From contig MU004231.1 of the NCBI GenBank assembly GCA_010405405.1, positions 3,770,884-3,834,883 of the forward strand: 64,000 bases of DNA. Direction: 5' to 3'. The position numbers and the translations under genes are program-made. The notes beneath the pieces are model-generated. The model was not told the origin of the DNA. It saw nothing but the letters and a program-made list of their open reading frames with translations, and did not search any database. Positions 53,285 to 64,000 of this stretch are shown here, one piece after another. The DNA comes from Microthyrium microscopicum. Taxonomy: Eukaryota. Within the stretch, counting starts at the first letter, position 1; each line of letters starts with the position of its first letter.

Positions 53285-53809
53285 CAGATTAGATCAATCC
53301 AGATGGGAAAGCGCAATATGCATCTTTTGGCAACTACCGCCGACTCTCCACTCTTCTGAGAAGACTTCCTATTCCGGTAAAGTAAGTAGAAACATGTTAC
53401 TACAAAAACACCATGACCATCATCAAATTTATGTTCACCCGACTCTTATGCAAAGCATGACGTGGCTGAGTTCATCACGATCTTCAGATTCTGAGGCGCA
53501 GCCAGGGTCCAGTTGCACAGTTTTGGTTGCCTCGAATGCCTGGCCAATCATCGCGCGCCATTTGCGACCACGGGCACAGTCGCCATCTGATCCCCGCCGG
53601 TCGCTGCTCGCTGGGCTGGTTTGGCTGGTCTTGGTCCAGGCAGCAGAATAATCCCCAATTTCGCCCATCAACCTCCATTGCTGCAGCCTTTGTGATCGCA
53701 TTCCCTTTTCAACACCTTCTCTTCTCTTTTTATTTCTTCTAGTCTTTTATTTCACTTCCAATTTGTTCCGCGACCACCTTGCCACCCGGAAAACGATAAA
53801 TACTACACC

Positions 53810-56800
53810 ATGGAAACCATCGGCGGCCTGCAGCGGCGGCTGACCAGACTCTATACAGACACTAAACAATCCTGCGAAGCCGTCACCAAGACCGAAAAAG
53901 TTTCCAATCTACCTGAACTACTAGCCTTACATCTTGAATTTCGCATACAACGAGAAAGACTGTCAGCCTGGGGCTTGGAATGGAGTGATGATAATGCCTC
54001 GTCAGAAGGTTCAATTGATGAAGCTGTCGCAGAAGCTGGGGTGACCGAGCCGGTTGGGGAGGTCTTACAAAACATACACACGGTTCTCGAAGAGGCTGAA
54101 AGGATAAGCAGCGCTGGATCAGGCGCAACCCATCAGATGATCGGGTCAGAAAAGACTCGAATTCGACGGGACAACCAGGTCGTCCGTTGGTCTATTGAAG
54201 ATCGCGAAAGATATGAGCAACTCGCCAAGGATCTCAGAGATTCTATAGATCTTCTTTATGATCTATCCAAAACCCGGCGAGCATTTCGGGAAGGCACCTA
54301 TCCGACCAAAGGCAAGCAAGAACAAGAGCGAGAAGCTTCACCTCCCTTACCTCCTCCCACCAAAGCATTATTATATGGAACTCCTGCCTTTAGTGAATCC
54401 GCGGATACATTGGTCAATCCCACTCGGGCATCCACTACCAAGACTGCCTCATCATTGGAGCTTCCTACTCGACTAGATCCCACGTTATTAGAACTCCCAG
54501 CCGAACAGCCTCCCCCTTATGATCGTATAGGCGCAACACTGCCAGTACGCGTAATCGCATATCTCAAGCAACCCACGTATCCTTCTTCATCATCCAACGT
54601 CGAAGAAAGTGTTGTTCGTATTCCCGTTCTGGTAGAGTTTGCTCCTTTCGACCCGGCGTATCGGGCAACTGGAGTGGCTATCCCGAACGGGCGATTGAAC
54701 GCTCTCCTCTCTTTCTATGGAAGAGCGTCAATGGCTTTTGATGAGCACGTAGGCGGCAACCTTTCTTGTTTAGGCTTCTTTGAAGACACATCAAATCCTC
54801 GTTTTGGTTTGGTGTATGAGCTTCCAAAGTCGGTCTTGGGCTCCATGTCAGCTAGCCAGCCTGAACAAGCGAAAGTAGAGCCAACAAACCTTTTCAAATT
54901 GTTAAAGTCTTCATCTAAAGCTGCACACCCAACAAGCAAAAACCTCCCGCCTAGTCCTCCACTTGAGGACCGCTTTCGAATGGCCTTTAACCTCGTCTAT
55001 GCTTTTAAGCGAATGCACAGCGAGGAGCGATTCACTCATAAGAACGTGCACAGCGCCAATGTCATATTCTTCCCACATCCCGTCGATCAAGGCACCCACA
55101 TCGCGTCTCAAGAAGATTGGGGTCATGGCTACAAGCATGATGTCCGAACACCCTATATCACGTCCTTTGATCTATTCACGGAATTTGCTCTGGAAAGGCC
55201 AGACTCCACCCCAGGCATGAACATATACCGAAATACGGAAGATCCTTTCATATCCAGACAAACATGTGGCACTTGCAGCAATGAAGAATGCAAATGCTTC
55301 CCGTATCGATTCGACATTCATGGGTTGGCGCTAATTCTTCTTGAAGTCGGTCTTTGGCTACCTATCGCCGACCTCTACAAGCCTAAGTACACCCTTTCAG
55401 ATTTGAAGAAACGCGTTGAAGGAATCTGGCTCAAGCGACTTCGTTCTAAGAGTGGAAGTCTCTACGCTGAAGTTGTCAGAGACATGCTTCTCCAGGCATC
55501 CACCGACATGACCGAGGAATCCCAGCGGAATTCGTACCAAGAGTGGATGAGCAAGCTAGCAAGATGCTGTCAAATTGACAATCATGCCAAGAGTCCCGAA
55601 GATTCGTTACTCGGCAGCCTAGTTTTGCCACCACAAGCCATGAGGCAACAGCGTTCGTGGAGTCCCAAGCAAAGCACTTTTGGTGGATCCATTCGAAACT
55701 CCCAAGCCACTCAGATTCCATTCGCCATTCATGAATCCGACGAAGAAGATCCCAGTCAAACTTCCAAGCTTTTTCAAAGTAACCGAACTCGGTCGATGAG
55801 TGTTCCGGATAACACCAAAAACACATCAGTGCCTTCCGGAAACGACAAACTCTTGAAGGCAGCAAACACCATTCAACGAGCGTGGCGCTCTAGACAAGAT
55901 AGAGTGTCTTTTCAAGAATACCGACGCAAGGTATCCGTCATTCAAACACAGTGGCGCAAAAGAACCTCCAAGCTTTCAAAGCGTGGGTCAAATATCAATA
56001 GCCAAGTCTCAAATAGCATTGTTATTGAGTCTGAGGTTGTCAAGTCCACTACTACTGCTGAGCATACCTTTGTTCATATTGAGCACCCTGTCGTACCAAC
56101 TTCCCGTCCAAAGCTTCGAGTTCACAACGTTAAACTTCAGCCCGAGGTATTACAGAAATGGCACTCAGAATATCAACCTGGGCTCGAGAAGATTGTCATG
56201 CGTGCGCTTAGACACTCTCCGGAGTCTTGTAGCATTGAAATACACATGGTTGGTGAAACACCTGTCACTGCCAAACCCACGGTTTTTGTCACTTGCTCCA
56301 GTATCTCCAAAGTACGAAGTGCTCTGGCTCGCAAATGGACATGCGATCCCGCAATCCTTGATGTAAAGATTCGTCGGGGCAAGATCAGACGCTCAAAGGC
56401 TACGAAACCAAAGCATAACCAAGTCCCTCATCGATCCATGGCCAATGATACCGAGCAAATGCCCCTGAATCCCTATCATCAGCAACGCCCTCTTTGTGGT
56501 GCATCTATCGGTGCCTTTACGAACAAACATCTTCCTCCAGGTAAGACTCCATGTGCAGAGACTTTCCTGATTATGGCAGCTGCGGGATCTAGCTAACGGC
56601 ATCCTAGTCTCCTTTGGCGGCGTCGTAGATGTTGACGGCGAGCTGTATGGCATGACCGTTCATCATCTACTCGATGACCCTAGTGATGACGAAGAAGATG
56701 ACGAAAGTGTCTATGAGGATGCTACTGCTGGTGCGCTCAGGTCAAGTGGCCGTCGAACTAATTATGACGAACTGGAGAATATGATGACAGGTTTTGGTGA

Positions 56801-57906
56801 AAATCCAACATTGCAGCGCTTCCCTACTGATTCCATGTTTCCTTTCGAGATCTCTGATGACGAGGAAGAATTCAGCGACGACGAAGATAATGACACTGGC
56901 TACTCTTCTGATGAGAGCTCCTCTGAAGACACAGACGATAGTGGTACTCAAGGCGATATTGGAGGCATCATCGCTGGTTCACGACCTGATATCCGTGTCA
57001 CTCAACCAGCTTTGGATGATGTTGAAGACGAGTTCTTTCCCTGCCCTGAAGATCGGGATGAGGATCACCTCGACAGCCACGAACTTGGGCACGTGTATGC
57101 CTCATCCGGAATCAAACGCTGGAATCGGAAAGGCGTTTTGCACGAGATCGACTGGGCTCTGCTCAAACTCAACAAAGACAGGCTGCAGCCCTGTAATCTA
57201 ATTCAAGGCGGTAAACGCTACTGCCGTAAGCGCAGCGATGTTCGTGACGTTTCTTCTCGGCTAGTCGAACCCGTCAACCGTGGTGGATATCAACCCGACG
57301 AAGACGAGTTCCCTACTCAAGTAGCAAAGTCTGAGCAGTTGAGCAACCTGAGTGTGCATTGCTTCGGCCGCACATCCGGCTTGCAGGGTGGTGTCATTGG
57401 CAATGCCATGGCCAGCGTTCGTATCTACAAGCGGCGTAGTTTTTCCCGCTCCTGGTTCGTCATGGGCGACTTTGGTGGTATGTCTCTGTTCTTATCTCTT
57501 GTCACTTGAATCGAACTAACATGTTTCAGTGGGCGGCGATTCTGGTGCTTGGGTCATCGACAATGATGATGGTCGTGTTTGCGGCCACGTCCTTGCCTGG
57601 TGCTCACGCAACTCCATTGCGTATATCTGTCCTGCAGATGTCCTGCTTGACGACATGAAGCGCACGCTTAATGCTGACCGCATCGGCCTGCCGGGCGACG
57701 TGGAGTCAATGTCCAAGCGCGGTACCAACACATCGACGCGCTTACTCCGCAGCCCACAGAGCGACGAATCTGAGGAACTTTCTGATTTGGCACGCCTCAA
57801 TATGGGAGAACCTCCGAGCGCATTATTGCGAAGCAGGTTGAACGGCAGTGCAGTTAGTCCGCGGTTGGAGATGCTGGGACTCTATGGACAGCAGATTGCG
57901 AGATGA
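53810..57906 (+). CDS. HeLo-like + pseudokinase + IQ + trypsin-like (Ssy5/S64-like) serine protease fusion, ~1325 aa
   Basis: Exons 53810-56540, 56608-57477 and 57530-57906 total 3978 nt, with canonical introns. Motifs FRIQRERLSAWG, RWSIEDRERY, HKNVHSANV, DIHGLALILLEVGLW, IQRAWR, IQTQWR, GMTVHH, EIDWAL, GRTSG and GGDSGAW. Confidence 0.88.
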
Positions 57907-58176
57907 CAATGTGGAAATGATATTGTGAATGTTTTTTTAATTTGACTAGATATACCCCTCTGGCTACCTGGTATGTATTATATCAAGGCTAATTATAAAC
58001 TCTTGAGTCTGTCTCTGCTCAATGCGTTAGGTCGAATAGTCGAATACATAATGGAGAAACAGAATTAGATATGGTCGAAACTTCTACCTTGCAGCTTCAA
58101 AAACACTGTCCACGACCATCTTCATACGATTGTATACAGCATCGCCATTATCACGAAATACAGTCTGCCAGCGTCT

Positions 58177-59390
58177 CTATCTTTGCAATGCGCCAAACTC
58201 GGTCGCGACTCTGTCAACCAATTCATGAACTTCCTGAAGCTTTTGTTCATAGAAGTCGCCTTTGCTTGCGTCATCCCATCCGAAGCTTGCGAAGTGAACT
58301 ACCACTGGCTCGTCTTTTAGTTTTATCGGCGAGTCCGTCATGTGCCTAAATGTGGCAGCGGGAATAAGCTGGTGCATGACTGCTGGTCGAAGTGATGCAT
58401 CTTGCTTGAGAAGCGGTCTCATGGCGTCTTCAAAAACATCCATGGTCTTCATCATCGCCTCCACATCATTGGTGGGTCCGTCTTGTAAAAAGTCTCTGAC
58501 CTCGTGGGCACATTGTCATATGTCAGACGGCTCAGACCTACCAGCGCAGCAGCAAGTTGAACTAGTGGACAAGCTGGTGAAGACGAATTCGAGCTGATGT
58601 TGCGCCCATAGGAATCTGTAACATATAATATCGCAGTGCGATATTGCGATGTTGCAGACCAAGAGAAGGGCATCGCGACCAAAAGTATAGCCAGCAACGA
58701 GCCGGCATCATTGAAGGTCGCAACTTGTCCAACATCTTCCGAACTGTGGGCAGAGTCCAGAAGAATGATTACCCCGAATATAAGAGAAGTATATGCAAAA
58801 GCTCCTAGTTCAAACCCTACAATGATGCCATATCTATTTTCCTCCTCCTCGAATGACCCAAAACAGGTCCGAGTGGGAATCTTCAGAAGGCATGCACAAT
58901 CGAGCCATTCGCCAAAACCACAGTTGCGCCTACAACATTATTTGATCCCCATCCCTTTCCGGGACCGTAATGTGAGATTCCACCTCTGAGGAGGAGTCGA
59001 CCGACTCCAGTTCTGATAGTCGGCCGCTAACAACTATCCATCCACGACCCTCCACAAAGTGGTAGACATCGGACCGTTTCGCTCCGGGCTGCACTCGTAC
59101 CATTCCTGCCTTCTCGTTCAAGTTGACGGAGCACATACGAGTATTGAAGTCAATTGTCACACCTTTGGCGACATTGTTGCTTCCGGCTACAATACTGTAA
59201 CGGCCGGAAGAAATGGTGAAGTTTAAACCTTCATCTGATATTAGCTTCATTGCAACAGTAACACCAGAAGATGAGGAAGGGGTAAAGCGACAAGACGGAT
59301 GGATGTCCCAATTCTGTATTGTCAGTATCCGGCAGTCTCAGTGGTTTATTCGGTGCTATCTGCAAAGATCGTCGGATTCGAGCTGCAGCG
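58177..59390 (-). pseudogene. Decayed FAD-linked oxidoreductase (FAD_binding_4/BBE-like)
   Basis: Fragments in different frames: HPSC.F, FTISSGRYS..GSNN..GVTID, VRVQPGA..SDVY, then frameshifted GVGGLLLRGGISHY..GWGSNNVV..VVLANG. In-frame stops at the 5' end (STE*TTETAGY*). Confidence 0.8.
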
Positions 59391-60748
59391 AGCAAATTTT
59401 TGATACTATGTTATTGTCAGATGCAATCTTTCTACTGTGAAAATCCGCTTAAGATGGTCTCACTGCTGCAACGGCGGCATATGTCTGCGCGTCAAATACC
59501 GGAACAATTCTACTTGTTCCACTCAGTACAGTCTTCGAAATAATCAATGGAATGATCGCTATGCATATCAAAGCTGAGGCAAGAGGCATCGTGATGAAGT
59601 GCATATATGCAATAGAGAGTCTACACAAGTAATGCAATTTGAGGCTTTATTGTTTTCCGATAGAGGGCCGATATGTAGGGTGCTATTCAAAAGTCACTGA
59701 CGCTTTAATTCATTTGAGCAATATTCGCCTTGTCACCTTTGGTGCAATGATCACGAGTCATTACCACGTGTTTTACCATACGTTTAAATTTTACGAAAAC
59801 AATGTACGAATCGTGAAATATAGCGCATTTTGAAGTCTGATTGTTCAGATAATGAAGTGTGGAACCCCACAAATGAAGTCTAGAGAGATTCTTCGCCGGG
59901 TGAACCACGATATCCCACATATGAGGCTCGTAGACCTCGCGCTGCATGGTCTCAAACATCATTTGAGCAGTGCACACTTTCGACGTTGTTTATTCAACCA
60001 AGCTAGCTCGGCCTAAAGTTGATGCAATGTCGATCGAAAACCAACGAAGTTGGAAAAGCTTTAGACATCGACAGAGGATTGGACAAGTACACCTGAGACT
60101 AGAAATAGCGCTCCTTCCTTGCCGAGCCTAGCTCCCGTCCCGTCTGCGGCCCGCACCGTATAGGGCACACACTACGCACGCTATAATTAACCCACAAAAT
60201 ATCATTTAACTACGATAACTAGTTGAAAGACTCAGAAAGGATATAAAGGAAAGGCAGGTCAAAACCAATAATATCGTGCACACAGGGATCTTAAGACCCG
60301 AGCAGTTCCGATTCTAGATATTGAATATTGTATCTTTTGGGTTTTATTAAGCTCTCAGAAATGTACCTCAACTAAAACCACTACATACCTGGGTATACTG
60401 CGAAAAAAAAAACCACCATCTTTTTCATTTCTGCGAAACAGAGTGAAATCCGATCGAAAACGCCGCATTGCGTGCCCATTGCCAGTACGAGATTACGCCA
60501 CGCCAGTATGAATTTGAAACGTTTGCAGCAAAATCGAATTGTCCTTGACCAATTGAACATCCCTGAAAATGCAAGCGTTAGATTTTGTTCCTTAATTCCA
60601 CCGTAGGCTCAGCGTAAAAGCTGAGCGTTCCAGGTTTACATCACTCGAAATAGCCCCAAGCGTGAGTAGAATGCTAGAATACTGTCAAATATATGAGATT
60701 ATTGCTGCCCCTGACACTCAGGCAAACCTACATTGACTTTGCTTTGAA

Positions 60749-62422
60749 TCAAGGTCCGCCGATGCGGCTCAGTCTATGAGTCCGGCTAATTCCGGGATCA
60801 GAGTACCGACGCCGTAATCGTTCACCGAAAAACATTGCGATGTTGTCATCTTCTTCATCGTCATCATCTCCAGCATGGCTTCCAGGCCGCGAATCTATAT
60901 CCCTCTCAAGGAACCCGTATGGTTCGTTTAGAGGATATGATCGGATTGGGAGGGAAATGTGATTTGTTATTGATTCTGGGGGTGGAGGCGGCGGTGGCGG
61001 CGGTGGCGGCGGTGGACCCTGAGGAGGAGCGGCAATGGTAACATCCAAACCAGTGTGCTTTTCAAAGGTAGGCCGGAGGTTGTTTTCCAGTTCAGAAAGC
61101 TTTGTTTGTTTGATCCAGGCGTTCACACGATTGTTCGACTGGTTCAACGACTCTTCGGGTCGCAATTTTTGACCTTCTTTTGTGACGAGGGTAAATTTAC
61201 GGGACACTGGCAGTGACAAGTCCAGGGGGTAGCCAGCCGGCTCAACTGATGGTAGGTTTGGCTCGTCGACAGGGACTTTGTGGTCTTTACAGAGGAGATA
61301 AAGATTCTGTACCATATGTCGAGCTTGTGTGTACTCTTCAATCAGACCTTTACGACCTTGAAAATATTCTTCATAAAATTCGTCGTCTGTGATTCGTGGC
61401 TCTACTCCCATTTGTCTTTGCGATTCGCGGTAGTACTCATTGCTCATGAAGGCAGCATCGTAGTTATGAATATGTTCCCGGGTCAAATTCACATCACCAA
61501 TCTTGTCGTAGTATTCTCGTTCCAACGGATGCATGTTGGTGGTTGAACCACTATGGGCAGATAGCGTACCAAGATCATCATCTTGTCCTATACTTGCGGC
61601 TGTTGCAGCCGGTTCTTCGACTGACATGGAATGTGGATCGCTAGCGGCCGACGCGGCGTCAGCGTCAACGATTTTTGTTTCACGTTTCATGAGCCGGGTA
61701 TCCAAACGTATGAGCTTCAACTCTGCCTTTCCCAAAGAGGATTCCATGTTTTCCAGTTCGCGATCTCGGCTAGTTAGCGCTACAGCATCATGTCTCATGG
61801 TTTCCCACAGATTTCTAATTTTTAACAAATCATCTGCGGGAAGGGTTTGTGTCAAAGTAGCAAGTATCTTCTCTCCATTTTGCAAAAATTCGTCTCTCAT
61901 GGTTGCATGTTGGGTTCTTTGGCTGATATAATTTCGCCTATCGCGCTCTAGTTTGTTCCGCTGGCTAATGAGCTCCGCGCGACGCGTCATCACATTTTCC
62001 AAGCGTTTGAGCATCCCTTTGGAGAGGTTCGCGTGCCGTTTGACAGTACGTGTTTCCTCCACAAACATGACACGGCCTTTTTTCTCTTTCGGCTTTTTCT
62101 GTGAGCGGTCCTTGACTGTCTCGCCTCGTTTCGATGAGAAATTATGCCCTGAGAGTTCTGAATCCAGCGCAAGCGTTGTATTCGAAGGTGGTCGTGGTGA
62201 ACCTCCGTCTGAAAGAGGAGGAGGAGGCGGCGGAGGCGGCGGAGGCGGTGGTGTCGGTCCTGAATTTGGGGGAGGTGGTTGAGGCGAATTAGGTGATGGA
62301 GGTAGGGTAATCTCAATGTTTATATCCGTACGGTCCGAGATAGGAGGATTTTGGGACGGCATGGGCATATCAGGACTGGGCGCAGGGTGCCGTCGATGCC
62401 CCGTCTCTTGTTGAGGCGCCAT
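60749..62422 (-). CDS. Uncharacterised coiled-coil protein flanked by two polyproline tracts
   Basis: 565-codon open frame with first ATG at 62422. Central heptad region (ELENMESSLGKAELKL, EYYDKIGDVNL) and poly-P runs near both ends. Upstream exons are possible. Confidence 0.75.
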   Translation of the reverse strand: MAPQQETGHRRHPAPSPDMPMPSQNPPISDRTDINIEITLPPSPNSPQPPPPNSGPTPPPPPPPPPPPPLSDGGSPRPPSNTTLALDSELSGHNFSSKRGETVKDRSQKKPKEKKGRVMFVEETRTVKRHANLSKGMLKRLENVMTRRAELISQRNKLERDRRNYISQRTQHATMRDEFLQNGEKILATLTQTLPADDLLKIRNLWETMRHDAVALTSRDRELENMESSLGKAELKLIRLDTRLMKRETKIVDADAASAASDPHSMSVEEPAATAASIGQDDDLGTLSAHSGSTTNMHPLEREYYDKIGDVNLTREHIHNYDAAFMSNEYYRESQRQMGVEPRITDDEFYEEYFQGRKGLIEEYTQARHMVQNLYLLCKDHKVPVDEPNLPSVEPAGYPLDLSLPVSRKFTLVTKEGQKLRPEESLNQSNNRVNAWIKQTKLSELENNLRPTFEKHTGLDVTIAAPPQGPPPPPPPPPPPPPESITNHISLPIRSYPLNEPYGFLERDIDSRPGSHAGDDDDEEDDNIAMFFGERLRRRYSDPGISRTHRLSRIGGP

Positions 62423-64000
62423 AGGAGAAGGAAGACTGTAGACCAACTATCAGAGACAGGGTTCAAGTGGATGCCATGATGTCTCACAAGCGCTGCCTTA
62501 GGGGTGAAGTTGTACTGGCCATCAAGGTAGTACTGTTTTATTGACGATAAGATGAAAATACTCAGGAGTTCGTCAAAGGGTACCCTAGAGTATCCTGGGA
62601 AAGCCTGAGCCGCAATGGCGAGGCCCAAGGTGAGAGGATGACAGCTGGCAGGGTCAAGATATCCTGGACGTTGACTCGGAGTATATCTAGTGGCATAGGT
62701 CGAAATGATGAAGCAACGAGTGTAGTTGCAGCTTGAGGGTCAAGGAGGGAGTCAAGAGTGTAGATCCACAAGATCCACAAGTCGCCTCGCTTTAGAAGAG
62801 CCTAATTTGGCTCCCGCTACTGGGGCCCGTTGTAGTGCAGACTGGCGTTTGAGCCATGGCCCATAATGCAGCGTGGATCCACTCATCTTTGGGCTGTTTT
62901 TAGGCCCTATATTAACCCTGCACCAATGAAAGTGTTTGTATTTTAGTCGCTCCACCTGCATGAAAGACCCCCTAGAGTCCCCACGCGGCTCCTTGAGAAT
63001 TACCAAGGTTTTCGAAGCACGGCTGCCTCTATCGTAGTGTTCTTGAGTTTGTGCCATATTCAGGTGTAAAGATAAATCCTTTAGAAAGAAGTTTTGTGCG
63101 CCTCCCAATCCTACAAGTCGGTCAATCAAGTAGAGCTGCAATTTGCTTCGCCGTTGATCATGCGGCTGAGAGGCACCTAGTGATTCCGCTCGCCTCACCT
63201 TTTACCCAGGTCCGAATGAAGTATGATAGGGGAAAGCGTGAAGCTTGGGCATTAAGGATACAAACCTTAAACCCTCCACATAATGGCCATTCATCCATTA
63301 AGATGTTAAGCGTCTCTAGAGGTGTACTTGGAGGAAAAGCGATGGATAAATAAACCATTTGGGCATGGCAATAGCTGAAGCTCAAAGGGAAGCTTCCTCA
63401 CCTTTACTTCATACCTTGCCACTGGTTCGTCGACTCGTTGACATACAATGGCGAAATCGCTTCCGCAATCATGGATAGAGGCGAACAAAATCCAATTAGG
63501 GGATCGATAAGTTTGAATACTCATACCTCTTGAAGATGCGGCAAAGAACTACCCATTTGGAATATTGAACAAGTTGCTCGCTGGCTTTCATCCTTATCCA
63601 ACCAGAAAACAGGCATTCAACAAAACCATTCACAAAACCAGGGTCCATTCACTGGAGCCTACTTCGAGGTGTATATTGGGAACCTTGCTGTCTTGCTTGT
63701 GACCACCATCTCAAGATCAGCCCCAGAGAGTAGTCCCGTCGACACTAGACAATGTACAAGGCCCAGCCTCCAGGATTACCTCCATATTGGTATTTTTCTT
63801 GAAAGCCATGCAAGCTCAGCTAACCAAAAAGAAAAAACTGAATTGATGAGATACCTGCGACAAAATTTCCCTATTGAACCTCATGCTTCGAGGCCCACTT
63901 TTACGCTACTCATCGGTCAAGGACACGATCACCCCAGGTGATCGGGGACAGCTCAGTGCTAAGGACAGCTCAACGCTATCTTTTGATAATATAGGCTCGC

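Noticed and set aside
1..64000. CRISPR arrays, rRNA, intact transposons, operons
   Set aside because: Intron-containing fungal DNA. I saw no repeat-spacer arrays, rRNA signatures, RT/integrase/transposase motifs, LTRs or TIRs.

Overview
Eukaryotic DNA from a filamentous ascomycete fungus: short 46-200 nt GT-AG introns with CTAAC/CTGAC branch sites, and Pezizomycotina-type genes. I can support about 19 protein-coding genes. Conserved ones are a SET3-like PHD/SET protein, PBP1/ataxin-2, ATP12, SQT1 and a coiled-coil protein. Accessory ones are a hemerythrin, a Mn-type CDF, an SDR, a secreted alpha/beta hydrolase, a TF-like protein, a flavin reductase-like protein, a GH-like protein, a HAD hydrolase, an MFS transporter and a secreted PEBP. 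There is one clear pseudogene (FAD oxidoreductase), plus ORF-poor tracts that may hold decayed genes. The most striking item is a ~1325-aa three-exon gene (53810-57906). It fuses a HeLo-like domain, a pseudokinase, two IQ motifs and an intact Ssy5/trypsin-like serine protease, which suggests a single-polypeptide, MLKL-like, protease-gated signalling or cell-death module (inference). Also notable: a two-zinc-finger gene broken by a single TAG inside its HxxxxH motif, a GC-AG intron in the SDR, and three in-frame stop-free introns. I found no convincing rRNA, tRNA, CRISPR array or intact transposon. All family calls come from reading motifs by eye, with no database search.
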